NCBI GenBank assembly: GCA_963733035.1
Contig: CAVTBU010000005.1
Span: 2,656,001 to 2,720,000, forward strand
Direction: 5' to 3'
DNA: 64,000 bases
Source: Pirellulales bacterium
GTDB lineage: Bacteria > Planctomycetota > Planctomycetia > Pirellulales > PALSA-1355
Of this stretch, positions 50,299-60,156 are shown in pieces; position 1 is the stretch's first letter; each line of letters begins with the position of its first letter. The translations under genes and the position numbers were made by a program. The notes beneath the pieces were generated by a model. That model had not been told where the DNA came from, made no database searches, and saw nothing but the letters and a program-made list of their open reading frames with translations.

Positions 50299-51834
50299 GT
50301 GCGCTTTGCAACTCTCACCGCCGTTTGTTTCTTACTGGTCAGTGGCCTGTTGCGCGGTGCTGAACCTCGCCCGCTGTCGCCGCAAAGCGACGAGACCATT
50401 GTACCTGCCGACTGGCAGGCCCTGCACGATCGCTGGCAAGCGGCCGTCAAAGAACTCCGTATTCCAGGCTTGGCGGTTGTCGCCGTCAAGGGCGGTGAGG
50501 TGGTGTTGCTCGATACGATCGGCGTTTGCGATCCCATCGGCAATCAGCCAGTCACGCCGCGCTCGCCGTTTTACCTGGCATCGGTCACCAAGTCGTTCAC
50601 GGCCCTCGGCGTGGCAATTCTTGTCGACGAAGGCAAAATCAAGCTCGATGAACCCGTGAAAACGTACTTGCCGCGCTTCACGCTGGCCGACAAAGAACTG
50701 GCCGCAAACATTTCTGTCCGCGACCTGTTGTCGCATCGTTACGGCCTGGATAGCAGTCCGATCAGCATGGCCGAGGCGTATTTTGGCAATATCACGGAGG
50801 ACCGCTACTACTTCCTGCTACAGTTTGTCGAGCCGCTCGGGAAATTCTCCTACAGCAACCTGCACTACACGCTGGCTGGGCGGATCATCCAGGCGGTGAG
50901 CGGGAAGCCGTGGCAGGATTTTCTTGCCGAGCGCGTTTTCACGCCATTGGGGATGCGCGATTCGACGTGCTATGCCAGCCGTTTGTATGCCAACCCGATG
51001 GCGGCCTGGCCGATTGTCGAGGACCACGGCAAGTGGAAGGTGGCACCGCTAGTCAAAAATGACGCCGTCATGCACGCGGCTGGAGGCATGGGTGCTAGCG
51101 CCGCCGATATGAGTCACTGGCTCCGGTTTCAAATCACGGGCAAAACGCCCAGCGGCCAGTCGTTGATCTCCCCCAAGCTGCTGCGCGACGTTCAAACGCA
51201 GCAGGTCGTCGATGGTTCCTCGGACTCTGCCAAGTCCTCCAGTATCAAGCGCGATGGCTATTCGCTCGGCTGGTTCACTGGCACGTTTCATGGGCGGCGG
51301 TATCTGACCCACGGCGGCGGCTACGTCGGTACGGCCACCTACGTTTCCTTCTTGCCCGATGACAAACTGGGTGTTGCCGTGCTGATGAACGAAGGTTCGC
51401 CGAACGCGATGTTCCCCAGCGTCGTCGCCAGCGACGTCTACGGCAAACTGCTTGGCGAAAGTCTACCAGACCAGTTGCCGCGGGCGCGCGAGGTGGCGGC
51501 ACTTGTACGCCAGAAAATGTCCGAGCGCGTGGAACTCCATTGGAACGAATTCGCGAGCGGAGCGGGGCTTAGTCAACCGATCGAGCGATATGCGGGCACG
51601 TACCAAAGCCCATTCTGGGGCGAGCTGCACGTGTCCGTGGCCGACAATAAACTCGTTCTGCGCATCGGCGGTCTGAAACTCCGTGGTCACGGACTCGGTG
51701 ACGATCGACTTCGCCTGCAACTGCTTCCGGGCGACATCCTGGAAGGCTCGTTCCGCCTGAACGACGCCGAGCAAGTAACGGATATGGTCGTGCAGACGCC
51801 TGAGGGCGAGGCCGAATTGCGCAAGATCCGCTAG
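50299..51834 (+). CDS. Exported serine hydrolase (beta-lactamase family) with DUF3471-like C-terminus
   Basis: LASVTK, LLSHRYG, YSN, HGGG, YAGTYQSPFWG. Confidence 0.88.
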   Translation: MRFATLTAVCFLLVSGLLRGAEPRPLSPQSDETIVPADWQALHDRWQAAVKELRIPGLAVVAVKGGEVVLLDTIGVCDPIGNQPVTPRSPFYLASVTKSFTALGVAILVDEGKIKLDEPVKTYLPRFTLADKELAANISVRDLLSHRYGLDSSPISMAEAYFGNITEDRYYFLLQFVEPLGKFSYSNLHYTLAGRIIQAVSGKPWQDFLAERVFTPLGMRDSTCYASRLYANPMAAWPIVEDHGKWKVAPLVKNDAVMHAAGGMGASAADMSHWLRFQITGKTPSGQSLISPKLLRDVQTQQVVDGSSDSAKSSSIKRDGYSLGWFTGTFHGRRYLTHGGGYVGTATYVSFLPDDKLGVAVLMNEGSPNAMFPSVVASDVYGKLLGESLPDQLPRAREVAALVRQKMSERVELHWNEFASGAGLSQPIERYAGTYQSPFWGELHVSVADNKLVLRIGGLKLRGHGLGDDRLRLQLLPGDILEGSFRLNDAEQVTDMVVQTPEGEAELRKIR

Positions 51835-51947
51835 AACACGACGGCCCGGCTCCCGCACAATCACCGCTCCCTTGCGCACGACGCATTGCGTACAATTCAC
51901 GGTTGTCTCGATCCGTCAACCGCCTTGTACGCCGCGCGGTGTTTGTC

Positions 51948-53303
51948 ATGTCACTCTTTGAAGCCAGTGAGGCTGCCAATCGTCGTCGCGCGCAGCCCCT
52001 GGCGGCGCGAATGCGGCCACAAACGCTCGATGAGTTCGCCGGGCAGCGGCATTTCCTCGGCGAAGGCAAACTGCTGCGGAGGCTACTCGCGGCCGATCGC
52101 CTGGGTTCGGTTATCTTTTATGGTCCGCCCGGAACGGGCAAGACAACGCTCGCGCACCTGCTGGCCAAGGCCAGTCGCAGCAAGTTCGTGCAATTGAGCG
52201 CGGTGACAAGCGGCGTCAAAGAGCTGCGCGAAGTCCTGGAAGCGGCCCGCGACCGGCTGTCGGTCAGCGGCAACAAGACACTCCTGTTCGTTGACGAAAT
52301 CCACCGCTTCAATAAGCCGCAGCAGGATGTGTTGCTTCCCGACGTCGAGGATGGCACGGTGATTCTGGTGGGCGCAACGACTCAGAATCCGTTCTTCGCA
52401 ATCAATAGCGCGCTGGTCAGCCGCAGCCGCGTGTTCCAGTTTCAATCGCTTTCCGGCGACGACATTAAAACGCTGCTGCGGCGAGCTCTGGCCGACCGCG
52501 ATCGCGGACTGGGACAATACGAGGTCAATCTGTACGACGATGCCCTTGAATTCCTGGCCGAAGTGAGTGACGGCGACGCCCGCCGGGCGCTCGGCGCTTT
52601 AGAAGTGGGCGTACTCTCCAGCAAGGAGCGGCCCGTCGAGTTCACCCGTGCTCTGGCCGAAGAGTCGGTGCAGCGCAAAGCCGTCGAATACGACCGCACC
52701 GGCGATGCACACTACGATGCCGTCAGCGCGCTGATCAAGAGTATGCGTGGCAGCGACCCGGACGCGGCCATCTATTGGCTGGCCCGCATGCTCGAAGCAG
52801 GCGAGGACGTGCGTTTCCTCGCTCGGCGGCTGGTGATCTTTGCCAGCGAAGATGTGGGCAATGCCGATCCGGCCGCGTTGCCGCTGGCCGTGGCCGCCAT
52901 GCAGGCCTCGGAATTCGTCGGCCTGCCGGAATGCCAATTGAATCTGGCGCAGGCGGTTACCTACTTGGCGTGTGCCGCGAAGTCGAACGCCTCGACCGTC
53001 GCCATTTCGGAAGCCCGGGCAGACATTCGCGAAGGTCGGCTGCTGCCCGTGCCGGTGATTTTGCGCGATAGCCACTACTCCGGAGCCAAGCGGTTAGGCC
53101 ATGGTGAGGGCTATCAATACTCTCACAACAGCCCAGACGCGATTTCCGAACAGGACTATTTGGGCGTGGAGCGCGAGTACTATCGGCCCGTCGATCGTGG
53201 ACATGAGCGCGAACTGGGCGCGCGATTGGAGTCCATCCGCCAGCGACTCCGGAAGGCGAAGCAGTCTGGCGATGACGTTGGGGAAACGACTCCGAATGGC
53301 TAG
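51948..53303 (+). CDS. rarA: Replication-associated recombination protein A (RarA/MgsA)
   Basis: PLAARMRP, GPPGTGKTT, DEIHRFNK, SALIKSMRGSD, ASEDVG. Confidence 0.95.
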   Translation: MSLFEASEAANRRRAQPLAARMRPQTLDEFAGQRHFLGEGKLLRRLLAADRLGSVIFYGPPGTGKTTLAHLLAKASRSKFVQLSAVTSGVKELREVLEAARDRLSVSGNKTLLFVDEIHRFNKPQQDVLLPDVEDGTVILVGATTQNPFFAINSALVSRSRVFQFQSLSGDDIKTLLRRALADRDRGLGQYEVNLYDDALEFLAEVSDGDARRALGALEVGVLSSKERPVEFTRALAEESVQRKAVEYDRTGDAHYDAVSALIKSMRGSDPDAAIYWLARMLEAGEDVRFLARRLVIFASEDVGNADPAALPLAVAAMQASEFVGLPECQLNLAQAVTYLACAAKSNASTVAISEARADIREGRLLPVPVILRDSHYSGAKRLGHGEGYQYSHNSPDAISEQDYLGVEREYYRPVDRGHERELGARLESIRQRLRKAKQSGDDVGETTPNG

Positions 53304-53550
53304 CACGCGATCGCCAGCACGATCGACAACGACCGCATTTTGACAGGCAACGGTTGCTGCTGGCATGACCCGCACATTGGTCTGGCCTGACCTTGGCCGA
53401 TGGCTTATGATCAGCCGCGGAACTTGGCTGGGCAGTCGAGGATGGCTGCGCCCATGCGGCGTTGGATCCGGCTGAGTGACGCCCATCAATTCTGCCAGCA
53501 TCTGATTAGCAATCGCGCTTGTCGCCAGGGTCGTCAGGGAGGACGGACTT

Positions 53551-54882
53551 GTGAACACGCTGAAGCCGCTGTTAACGGTAGCCGTCCTGGCGGGCATCGG
53601 CTATGGAGTTTACATCCGTTTGAACGCCGGTGCCGGTGCGCCACCGCCGCCGGTCGATGCCGGCTGGAATTCGACCCCCGACATTCAACTGCCGGGCCAA
53701 ACGAGCTCCGCCCCCTGGGGCGCGCCTAGTACGCCGGCCACGGGCAATGCAGCAATGGTGCCCGGCGGTCAAGCGCCGCCATATCAGCAGGCACCCAGTG
53801 GAGGAGGCGCGGGGAGCGAAGCGCCGCCGTTTGGCCAACCGGCTCCGACAACTTCGGCGCCACCGTTTGGCGATAGCGCGCGACACGCAAACGCCGAATT
53901 CGCCACCGCCAATACGGCGCCTCCAACCGGCACGCCGGAGGGAGTGTCTTATGAGCCGCCCAGCTACGACGCGATGCCGCAAAACTCGACAGGCACCGAA
54001 ATGTCCACAAGTTCGCGCGGAGCGGACCCGTACGGAAACGATCCGTACCCACCAAGCCAGGGTGCTGACCCGTATGGCGCACCGACCGAGACGTCTCCCC
54101 CGGCCGACTTTTCACCTGGCGAATACCCAGTGCCGCCAGAAGACGGAGTGCCGGTCGATGGTGGCGCGGCCCCAGTAGGAGAGTTCGCCGCAGCCATGCA
54201 AGCTGCCAACAGCGAGCTGGAAAACGGCCAATTGGCGGCGGCCTTGCGTCAGCTTAGCCCTTGGTACGGCAACCCACAGCTCGCTCCGGAACAAGAACGA
54301 CAACTCACGCCCTTGTTGGATCAGGTAGCCGGCACGGTCGTCTACTCGACGCAAAACTTGCTCGAACATCCTTACGAAGTGCAGCCCGGCGAACGACTCG
54401 AGACCATCGGCGAGAAATATCAAGTGCCATGGCAATTGCTGGCGAAGATCAACGGCATCGAAGACCCCAATTCGCTGCAGCCCGGAGAACGGCTGAAGGT
54501 CATCCGCGGACCGTTCCAAGCGGTTATCGATCTGAAGCGCCGTGAGCTCGTGTTGCACACGGCCGACGGACTCTACGCTGGCCGATTTCAAATCGGCATC
54601 GGAGGCGAACATCCGCCGCAGGAAGGAACCTTCGTCGTCAGCGACAAGTCGGTGAACCCCGTGTACTACGGCAGCGAGCGGGCCATTGGCGCCGAAGACC
54701 CCAACAACCCGCTCGGCGAACGCTGGATCGGCCTGGGCAAACAAATGGCCATCCATGGGACCAACAACCCTCAGAACATCGGCCGCACCGACCTGCCCGG
54801 ATGGATCAGCCTTAGCGAACCGGATGTCGAGGACGTGTACGACATTTTGAGCCTCGGCTCGCGAGTTACGATTCGCCGCTAG
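53551..54882 (+). CDS. Membrane-anchored Pro-rich LysM + L,D-transpeptidase (YkuD) domain protein; catalytic Cys replaced by Trp
   Basis: N-terminal TM, Pro/Ala-rich linker, LysM YEVQPGERLETIG...KINGI, YkuD NPLGERWIGL...IHGT...IGRTDLPGWISL; GGAGG SD. Confidence 0.85.
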   Translation: MNTLKPLLTVAVLAGIGYGVYIRLNAGAGAPPPPVDAGWNSTPDIQLPGQTSSAPWGAPSTPATGNAAMVPGGQAPPYQQAPSGGGAGSEAPPFGQPAPTTSAPPFGDSARHANAEFATANTAPPTGTPEGVSYEPPSYDAMPQNSTGTEMSTSSRGADPYGNDPYPPSQGADPYGAPTETSPPADFSPGEYPVPPEDGVPVDGGAAPVGEFAAAMQAANSELENGQLAAALRQLSPWYGNPQLAPEQERQLTPLLDQVAGTVVYSTQNLLEHPYEVQPGERLETIGEKYQVPWQLLAKINGIEDPNSLQPGERLKVIRGPFQAVIDLKRRELVLHTADGLYAGRFQIGIGGEHPPQEGTFVVSDKSVNPVYYGSERAIGAEDPNNPLGERWIGLGKQMAIHGTNNPQNIGRTDLPGWISLSEPDVEDVYDILSLGSRVTIRR

Positions 54883-56028
54883 CGCCGGGCGCGGGGCGAA
54901 AGCATAGATCGCGAATTTGAGTAGGCGGCATTCGATGGGCCCGTTGAACAGCCGGATCCGCGCTCCGGGCTTAAGTCCAATGAACTTCGCGGCCTCCCGA
55001 TTGCCCGCCAGAATCCATGCCGTGTAACCGGCCCAGCGATGCTTGAGCACGTCGCCGATCCGGCGGTGAAACTCGATAATCTCCTCGGTCTTAATTCGTT
55101 CCTCGTAAGGCGGGTTGGTTATCAAAGTCCCATTGGCGGCAGGCGGCGCGGTGTCCGCCAAATCTTGCACTCGCCAAGTGATGTCGGCCGCAACGCCCGC
55201 CCGCTGAGCGTTTTGACGTGCCGCATTGATTAGCTCGGCCTCGCGGTCGGAACCCTCAATGGGAAACGAAAGGCCGGGCAGCTCTTGTCGCCGCGCCTCG
55301 CGCAACACACGATCGTGCAGTGCAGGATCGAAATCGTTCCACCGTTGATAGCCAAAGCGCTCCCGCACGGTTCCTGGGGCAATACGGCGCAAGCATGGCG
55401 GCTTCGATCGGAAACGTGCCCGACCCACACATGAAGTCGACCAGTGCGCTGCGCGGTCCCAACCAGTGAGCCGCAGGATGCCGGCGGCAAGTACTTCGTT
55501 GATCGGCGCCACGCCCGCGGCTTGCCGATATCCGCGCTTGTGGAGCGAATCCCCCGACGCATCGAGATATAGTGTGACGCGTTTGCCATCGATGTGCAGG
55601 TTGATTCGCACGTCGGGATCATCCAGATCGACCGATGGGCGGCTGCCTGTGGCGCGGCGAATCTGATCGACGATCGCGTCCTTTGCCACCTGCGCCGCAT
55701 AGAGCGAATTGGTGAACACGTTGCCACTGGTCACCGGATCGATGGCCAACGTCCCCTCCGGCGCCAGATGCTTGAGCCACTTGGTGCGTCCCACGCGGCG
55801 ATAAAGGGCGTCGGTGCCATCGGCCGGGAAACGGGCGATCGGCTTCAGAATTCGCACAGCCGTGCGGCAACCAATATTCGCCCAATACAGCATCCGCTGG
55901 TCGCCGCGAAAGGAACACATCCTCCGGCCGGACCGCACGTCCTCGGCACCCAGTTCCCGCAACTCATCGGCGAGCACTTCTTCCAAGCCGAAGAACGTCT
56001 TGGCAATCATGGGGAAGGTGTCAGCCAC
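54879..56028 (-). CDS. THUMP-domain RlmL-like RNA methyltransferase; apparent deletions at ~55453, ~55388 and ~54891
   Basis: SLHKRGYR, APINEVLAAG, DFMCGSGTFPIEAA (shifted frame), NPPY, LFNGPIECRL; restoring 1+2+2 nt gives 384 aa ending at a TAG overlapping the convergent gene's stop (CTAG). Confidence 0.82.
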
Positions 56029-56686
56029 GCGCGCCGCCTTCCGTGCACAGCAGCCGCACCAGCTCGGGCAATATCGCATGCATTGCCCGGGCACGATGGC
56101 TAAGAACCGCTTTGGTCACCGCGCTCAACTGCCCAAACGTGCGGTGGTACTCGACCACTTCAAACAAAGGATCGTAGCCAAAGCCCTCGGTGCCAGCTTC
56201 TTCGGTGCGAATGCGACCGTGACATTTCCCGGTCGCTTCGGCTCGCAGCGTGCCCGAGGGATCGGCCAACGCCAACTGACAGACGAAATGGGCCGTGCGG
56301 CGCGGGGGATCAACGTTTGCAAGTTCGGCCAACAGCTTGCGGCGGTTGTCGGCGTCGGTGGCGTTTGGTCCGGCAAAGCGGGCAGAATAGACGCCAGGAG
56401 CGCCCTTCAGGGCGTCGACGACCAACCCACTGTCGTCAGCCAACACCCACTGCTTAAGATGCCTAGCCTGCTGCGTCGCTTTGAGCTCCGCATTTTCACG
56501 GAACGACTGACCAGACTCTTCAATCTCTAGCGGCGAATCGAAATCAGCCAGCGTCTTCAACCGAATGCCGCTCGGCGCGAGCAAATCGGCCAGCTCTCCG
56601 GCCTTCTTGCGATTGCCAGTACCGAACACTAAGACGGGACATTGGGAACCTGTGGTACTCACGCTGCCTATTCTCAGATCGCTCAC
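56021..56686 (-). CDS. rdgB: Non-canonical purine NTP pyrophosphatase (RdgB/HAM1)
   Basis: TGNRKKAGE, ADDSGL, PGVYSARF, GFGYDP, SHRARA. Confidence 0.95.
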   Translation of the reverse strand: MSDLRIGSVSTTGSQCPVLVFGTGNRKKAGELADLLAPSGIRLKTLADFDSPLEIEESGQSFRENAELKATQQARHLKQWVLADDSGLVVDALKGAPGVYSARFAGPNATDADNRRKLLAELANVDPPRRTAHFVCQLALADPSGTLRAEATGKCHGRIRTEEAGTEGFGYDPLFEVVEYHRTFGQLSAVTKAVLSHRARAMHAILPELVRLLCTEGGARG

Positions 56687-59247
56687 TACAGAATCGCCAA
56701 CGGGTTGCGACGCTCTTCGAGCGTGCCCCGCGTAACGCCAACGCGATTGGCCGCTCTGAGCGCGCCATAAACATCCTTGCCACGGATCTCACCAGACAGC
56801 AATTTGCGGTAAAGGTCGATGATGTGGGCAACCTCCGCTTGCGGCTCATCGTTGAGCAGCTCGACCCGGAAGTCGCGCACGCCGCGGCGGAACAACTCGG
56901 GCACCGCTTCGGCCGCGCTTTGCGGTACGGCATTGAAGAGCGTATTGCGACAACCGACATCCGCGGCCAGTGTATGCTCCATACCGACTCGATCGCGCAG
57001 CCGCACCTGGTGCAGGTCGCACGGACGTCCGCAGTTGTGCTTATTCGTACCGGGCGATAGAACCGCGCAGAACACGCAATGTTCCATATGGAACATCGGC
57101 ATGTGCTGGTGAATCACGATTTCCAGCCAGCTGGGTGGCACCGCCGCGACCAGATCGAAGAGTTGATCGCGGTTCAGGTCGTAAGAGGCCGTCACGCGCT
57201 GCACCCCGGCGGTGCGTAAGTAGTCAACCGTCAATTCGTTGGTTGCGTTTAATGAAAAGTCCGCCACGATTGGTATACCGGCCGCCGCATAGAACTGGAG
57301 CCCCGCAAGGTTGCGAACCAGGATTCCGTCAGCCCCATGCCGTGAGATGACGCGCAGAATGCCCATTTCGTCGGGCTTCTGAATGCGGGGCGTGGCGACG
57401 AAGACCGTCGCCTTGGCTGCATGTGCGATAGCCACCGCGTCTCCGTATTGACGTATGTCCTGCAGGTCGGCCATCACGCTCTTGACGCCGCAGGCGAGTA
57501 CCGCGTCGAGTTGGACGAGCGAACGGCAAAGAACATGCAGCGCCGGCGCGCGATCGTCGCCAACATCACCTGACCTGCTTTCCAAAGGTGCGCGCAATCT
57601 ATCCAAGGGCGAGTCCTGAGCAATCCGCCGCTCAGGCGCACGTCCTGCCGACTCATCAAGGCCCGCGACCAATTCATGCCGGAGCTTTCCCAGCACGCTC
57701 AATGGGACCATGGGCGCGCCGACAATTCGAGTGTCGCAAGTCCGCAACTCGTAGTTCGTAGCGCCCAATCGCCCAAACTGTTCGCGAAACAACGCTGGCT
57801 TTGCCGCGTGCTTTCGGGCCGCTTCCAGCGTTTGTGCCGTTTGTACACGGCACGTAGCGCCTGCGTCCGTCCTGGCCTCCACGATCAGCGGAGAACCAAC
57901 CTCTGCGTGAACCAATAGATCGATCGGCACGCGACGCAGCGGCTTGTCGCCTGCAAAGCTCTTGCGCAGGCGGCCGGTGAGCTCCGGGTCGTCAGTCTTC
58001 CAAACTTCCTGGCCGGCGGAGAGCCGCGAAAAATCAATCGCTCCGTGCGCGAAAGTCAACTGCGCTAGCCCGCTACCGATCGGCTCGGTAAGGGAATGGC
58101 GTCCCTGGAAAACCTCGTACACGCGTCCACCTTGTTCGGTGTTCTCGGCTCGACCGCCGGCAAAGACCACGCCATCACCCCGTTTCACCGATCCCGCTAG
58201 TTCAACGGTCACTCGGCGTCCATCGAACTGCCTGACCTGCCCCAGCAACACGCCGCGTTTGGCCGAGCTGGTGGCCGGCACGAGCATCTTGTGGTCGCAG
58301 CCGCGCAGCCAACCGGGCGAAAACCCGCGAGAGAACGATAGTTCCATTTCCTCAATTTCGCGCGGCGTAAACTCCACCGGACGTCCGGCCAGTGTGCTAT
58401 CGATTGCCTGGCGATAGTGCCGCGTGATGTTGGCGACATACTCGGGCGTCTTCAGTCGACCTTCAATCTTGAACGAACAGACGCCCGCCGCGATCAGCTC
58501 TGGAATGAGCGAGTAGGCTGCGAGATCCTGTGGGCTGAGCAAGTAGCGTTGTTCGCCAAGATCCACTTCCTTTTCGTCACAGACCAACTGGTACGGCAAG
58601 CGACAAGCTTGCGCACACTGGCCACGATTGGCGCTTCGTCCTCCCAGCGACTCGCTTGTCAAACATTGTCCCGAGTACGCCACGCACAGCGCGCCGTGAA
58701 CGAAAGCCTCGATCGGCATCGTCGTCTGCCGGCCGATTTCGGCGATCTCCTCCAGCGATAGCTCCCTGGCCAAGACGACTCGCTCGACGCCAAGTTCTTC
58801 GACCGCGCGAATCGTCTCGGCGCTGGTCAGCGTCATCTGTGTTGATGCGTGGATCGGCAGATCAGGGCATACTTGGCGAATGAGCCGCACGAGCCCGAGG
58901 TCTTGCACCAAGACGGCGTCGACACCAGCAGCCGCCACGCGGCGGACAATCTGTTCGATGCTGGCCAATTCATCGGTGAAGACCAACGTGTTGAGCGTGA
59001 CGTAGCCCTTCACCCCTCGGCGATGCAAGAAGGTCATCAGCTCGTCGAGTACCTCGAGCGAGATGTTCGTCGCCCGCGCTCGCGCATTGAACCCCGAGTC
59101 GAGCCCGAAGTAGATTGCATCAGCCCCATTTTCGACCGCCGCGCGTACGCACGTCAGATCGCCGGCCGGAGCCAAAAGCTCGGGGCGCTGTTGCGTCGTG
59201 GACGAGTGGAGAACTGGGGGCATAGCGTGATGTGAGGGGGGATTCAC
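56686..59247 (-). CDS. rlhA: U32 family + DUF3656 protein, RlhA-like 23S rRNA 5-hydroxycytidine synthase
   Basis: ELLAPAG, HASTQ, EAFVHGALCVAYSGQC...NRGQCAQACR Fe-S ligands, KIEGR; long C-terminal extension. Confidence 0.8.
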   Translation of the reverse strand: MNPPSHHAMPPVLHSSTTQQRPELLAPAGDLTCVRAAVENGADAIYFGLDSGFNARARATNISLEVLDELMTFLHRRGVKGYVTLNTLVFTDELASIEQIVRRVAAAGVDAVLVQDLGLVRLIRQVCPDLPIHASTQMTLTSAETIRAVEELGVERVVLARELSLEEIAEIGRQTTMPIEAFVHGALCVAYSGQCLTSESLGGRSANRGQCAQACRLPYQLVCDEKEVDLGEQRYLLSPQDLAAYSLIPELIAAGVCSFKIEGRLKTPEYVANITRHYRQAIDSTLAGRPVEFTPREIEEMELSFSRGFSPGWLRGCDHKMLVPATSSAKRGVLLGQVRQFDGRRVTVELAGSVKRGDGVVFAGGRAENTEQGGRVYEVFQGRHSLTEPIGSGLAQLTFAHGAIDFSRLSAGQEVWKTDDPELTGRLRKSFAGDKPLRRVPIDLLVHAEVGSPLIVEARTDAGATCRVQTAQTLEAARKHAAKPALFREQFGRLGATNYELRTCDTRIVGAPMVPLSVLGKLRHELVAGLDESAGRAPERRIAQDSPLDRLRAPLESRSGDVGDDRAPALHVLCRSLVQLDAVLACGVKSVMADLQDIRQYGDAVAIAHAAKATVFVATPRIQKPDEMGILRVISRHGADGILVRNLAGLQFYAAAGIPIVADFSLNATNELTVDYLRTAGVQRVTASYDLNRDQLFDLVAAVPPSWLEIVIHQHMPMFHMEHCVFCAVLSPGTNKHNCGRPCDLHQVRLRDRVGMEHTLAADVGCRNTLFNAVPQSAAEAVPELFRRGVRDFRVELLNDEPQAEVAHIIDLYRKLLSGEIRGKDVYGALRAANRVGVTRGTLEERRNPLAIL

Positions 59248-59329
59248 GTTAAATCCGACGGTGCATTCTACCAGGGCAATGGATTACGATGCAGGGGCGC
59301 GTCGCGACTTGCAAAGCAAGGGTTTCTCG

Positions 59330-59725
59330 ATGGACGGGTCCCGTTTCCGATTTCCGGTCCGTTTCCGCCTGCGGTCGCTGCTTGTCCTGATGGCAATCGC
59401 GGCTGCCTGGGTCGCATGGAACACCCGCTGGATTCGGCAGCGGCACGACTTCATCGCGGAAAAAAAAGCGAGCTACGCCCGGCGCGGTGGTGATCCAGCC
59501 CACTATCATGTCGGCGGGGGGACGGCGCAGGCTCCCATGTCACTCTGGCTGCTCGGCGAACGCGGCTTTGAAGTCTTGCAGTTTGACGTTTACGTAGAGC
59601 ACTACGACGAAAACCGTACCTTCGGGTCGTATCGCGAGATCCAGCAGCAGCAAGTCCGGGCGAGGATTCTCTTTCCGGAAGTCACCGTCATAGACATCGA
59701 ACCTGTAGCTCGTGAGGGGCACTGA
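59330..59725 (+). CDS. Hypothetical protein with planctomycete-type RFxLRxLL N-terminal anchor
   Basis: RFRLRSLLVLMAIAAAWVAW followed by a soluble domain. Confidence 0.65.
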   Translation: MDGSRFRFPVRFRLRSLLVLMAIAAAWVAWNTRWIRQRHDFIAEKKASYARRGGDPAHYHVGGGTAQAPMSLWLLGERGFEVLQFDVYVEHYDENRTFGSYREIQQQQVRARILFPEVTVIDIEPVAREGH

Positions 59726-59728
59726 ACC

Positions 59729-60151
59729 ATGTGGTACGTCAAACAGGGGCTCAAATGGCTCTTCGCGGTGTTCTTTGTTGCAGCAGGCGTGATGCACTTC
59801 GTGAACGAGGGCTTCTACCTCAAGCTGATGCCCGATTATATCCCTCAGCAACTACACCGGCCCGCGGTGATCGTAAGCGGCATCGCCGAGGTCTTGCTCG
59901 GCGTGTTGTTACTCGTCCCTCGCACCATGCGGCTGGCAGCTTGGGGGCTCATCGCGCTATTGATTGCCGTGTTTCCGGCCAACATCTACGGTTGGCAGCA
60001 TTCCGAGGAGATCTTTGGTGTCAGCAAGTCGGCGCACTTTATTCGGCTGCCGCTGCAAGCTGTGTTGATCGCTTGGGCCTGGTGGTACACGCGACCGGCG
60101 GGAGTACCCGCCAAGCTGCCAACCGATACGGACAATGACACAGACAAATGA
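59729..60151 (+). CDS. DoxX/MauE-family membrane protein
   Basis: AGVMHF...MPDYIP...SGIAE...AVFPANI...RLPLQ. Confidence 0.85.
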   Translation: MWYVKQGLKWLFAVFFVAAGVMHFVNEGFYLKLMPDYIPQQLHRPAVIVSGIAEVLLGVLLLVPRTMRLAAWGLIALLIAVFPANIYGWQHSEEIFGVSKSAHFIRLPLQAVLIAWAWWYTRPAGVPAKLPTDTDNDTDK

Positions 60152-60156
60152 TTGCG

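Noticed and set aside
54019..54081. GADPYG/DPY peptide repeats in the LysM protein
   Set aside because: Low-complexity linker with divergent codons; not a DNA repeat element.
54112..54878. C-terminal extension of the 660-aa minus-strand ORF overlapping the LysM/YkuD gene
   Set aside because: Antisense shadow; restoring 2 nt at ~54891 gives a TAG at 54879-54881 and a normal RlmL-like length.
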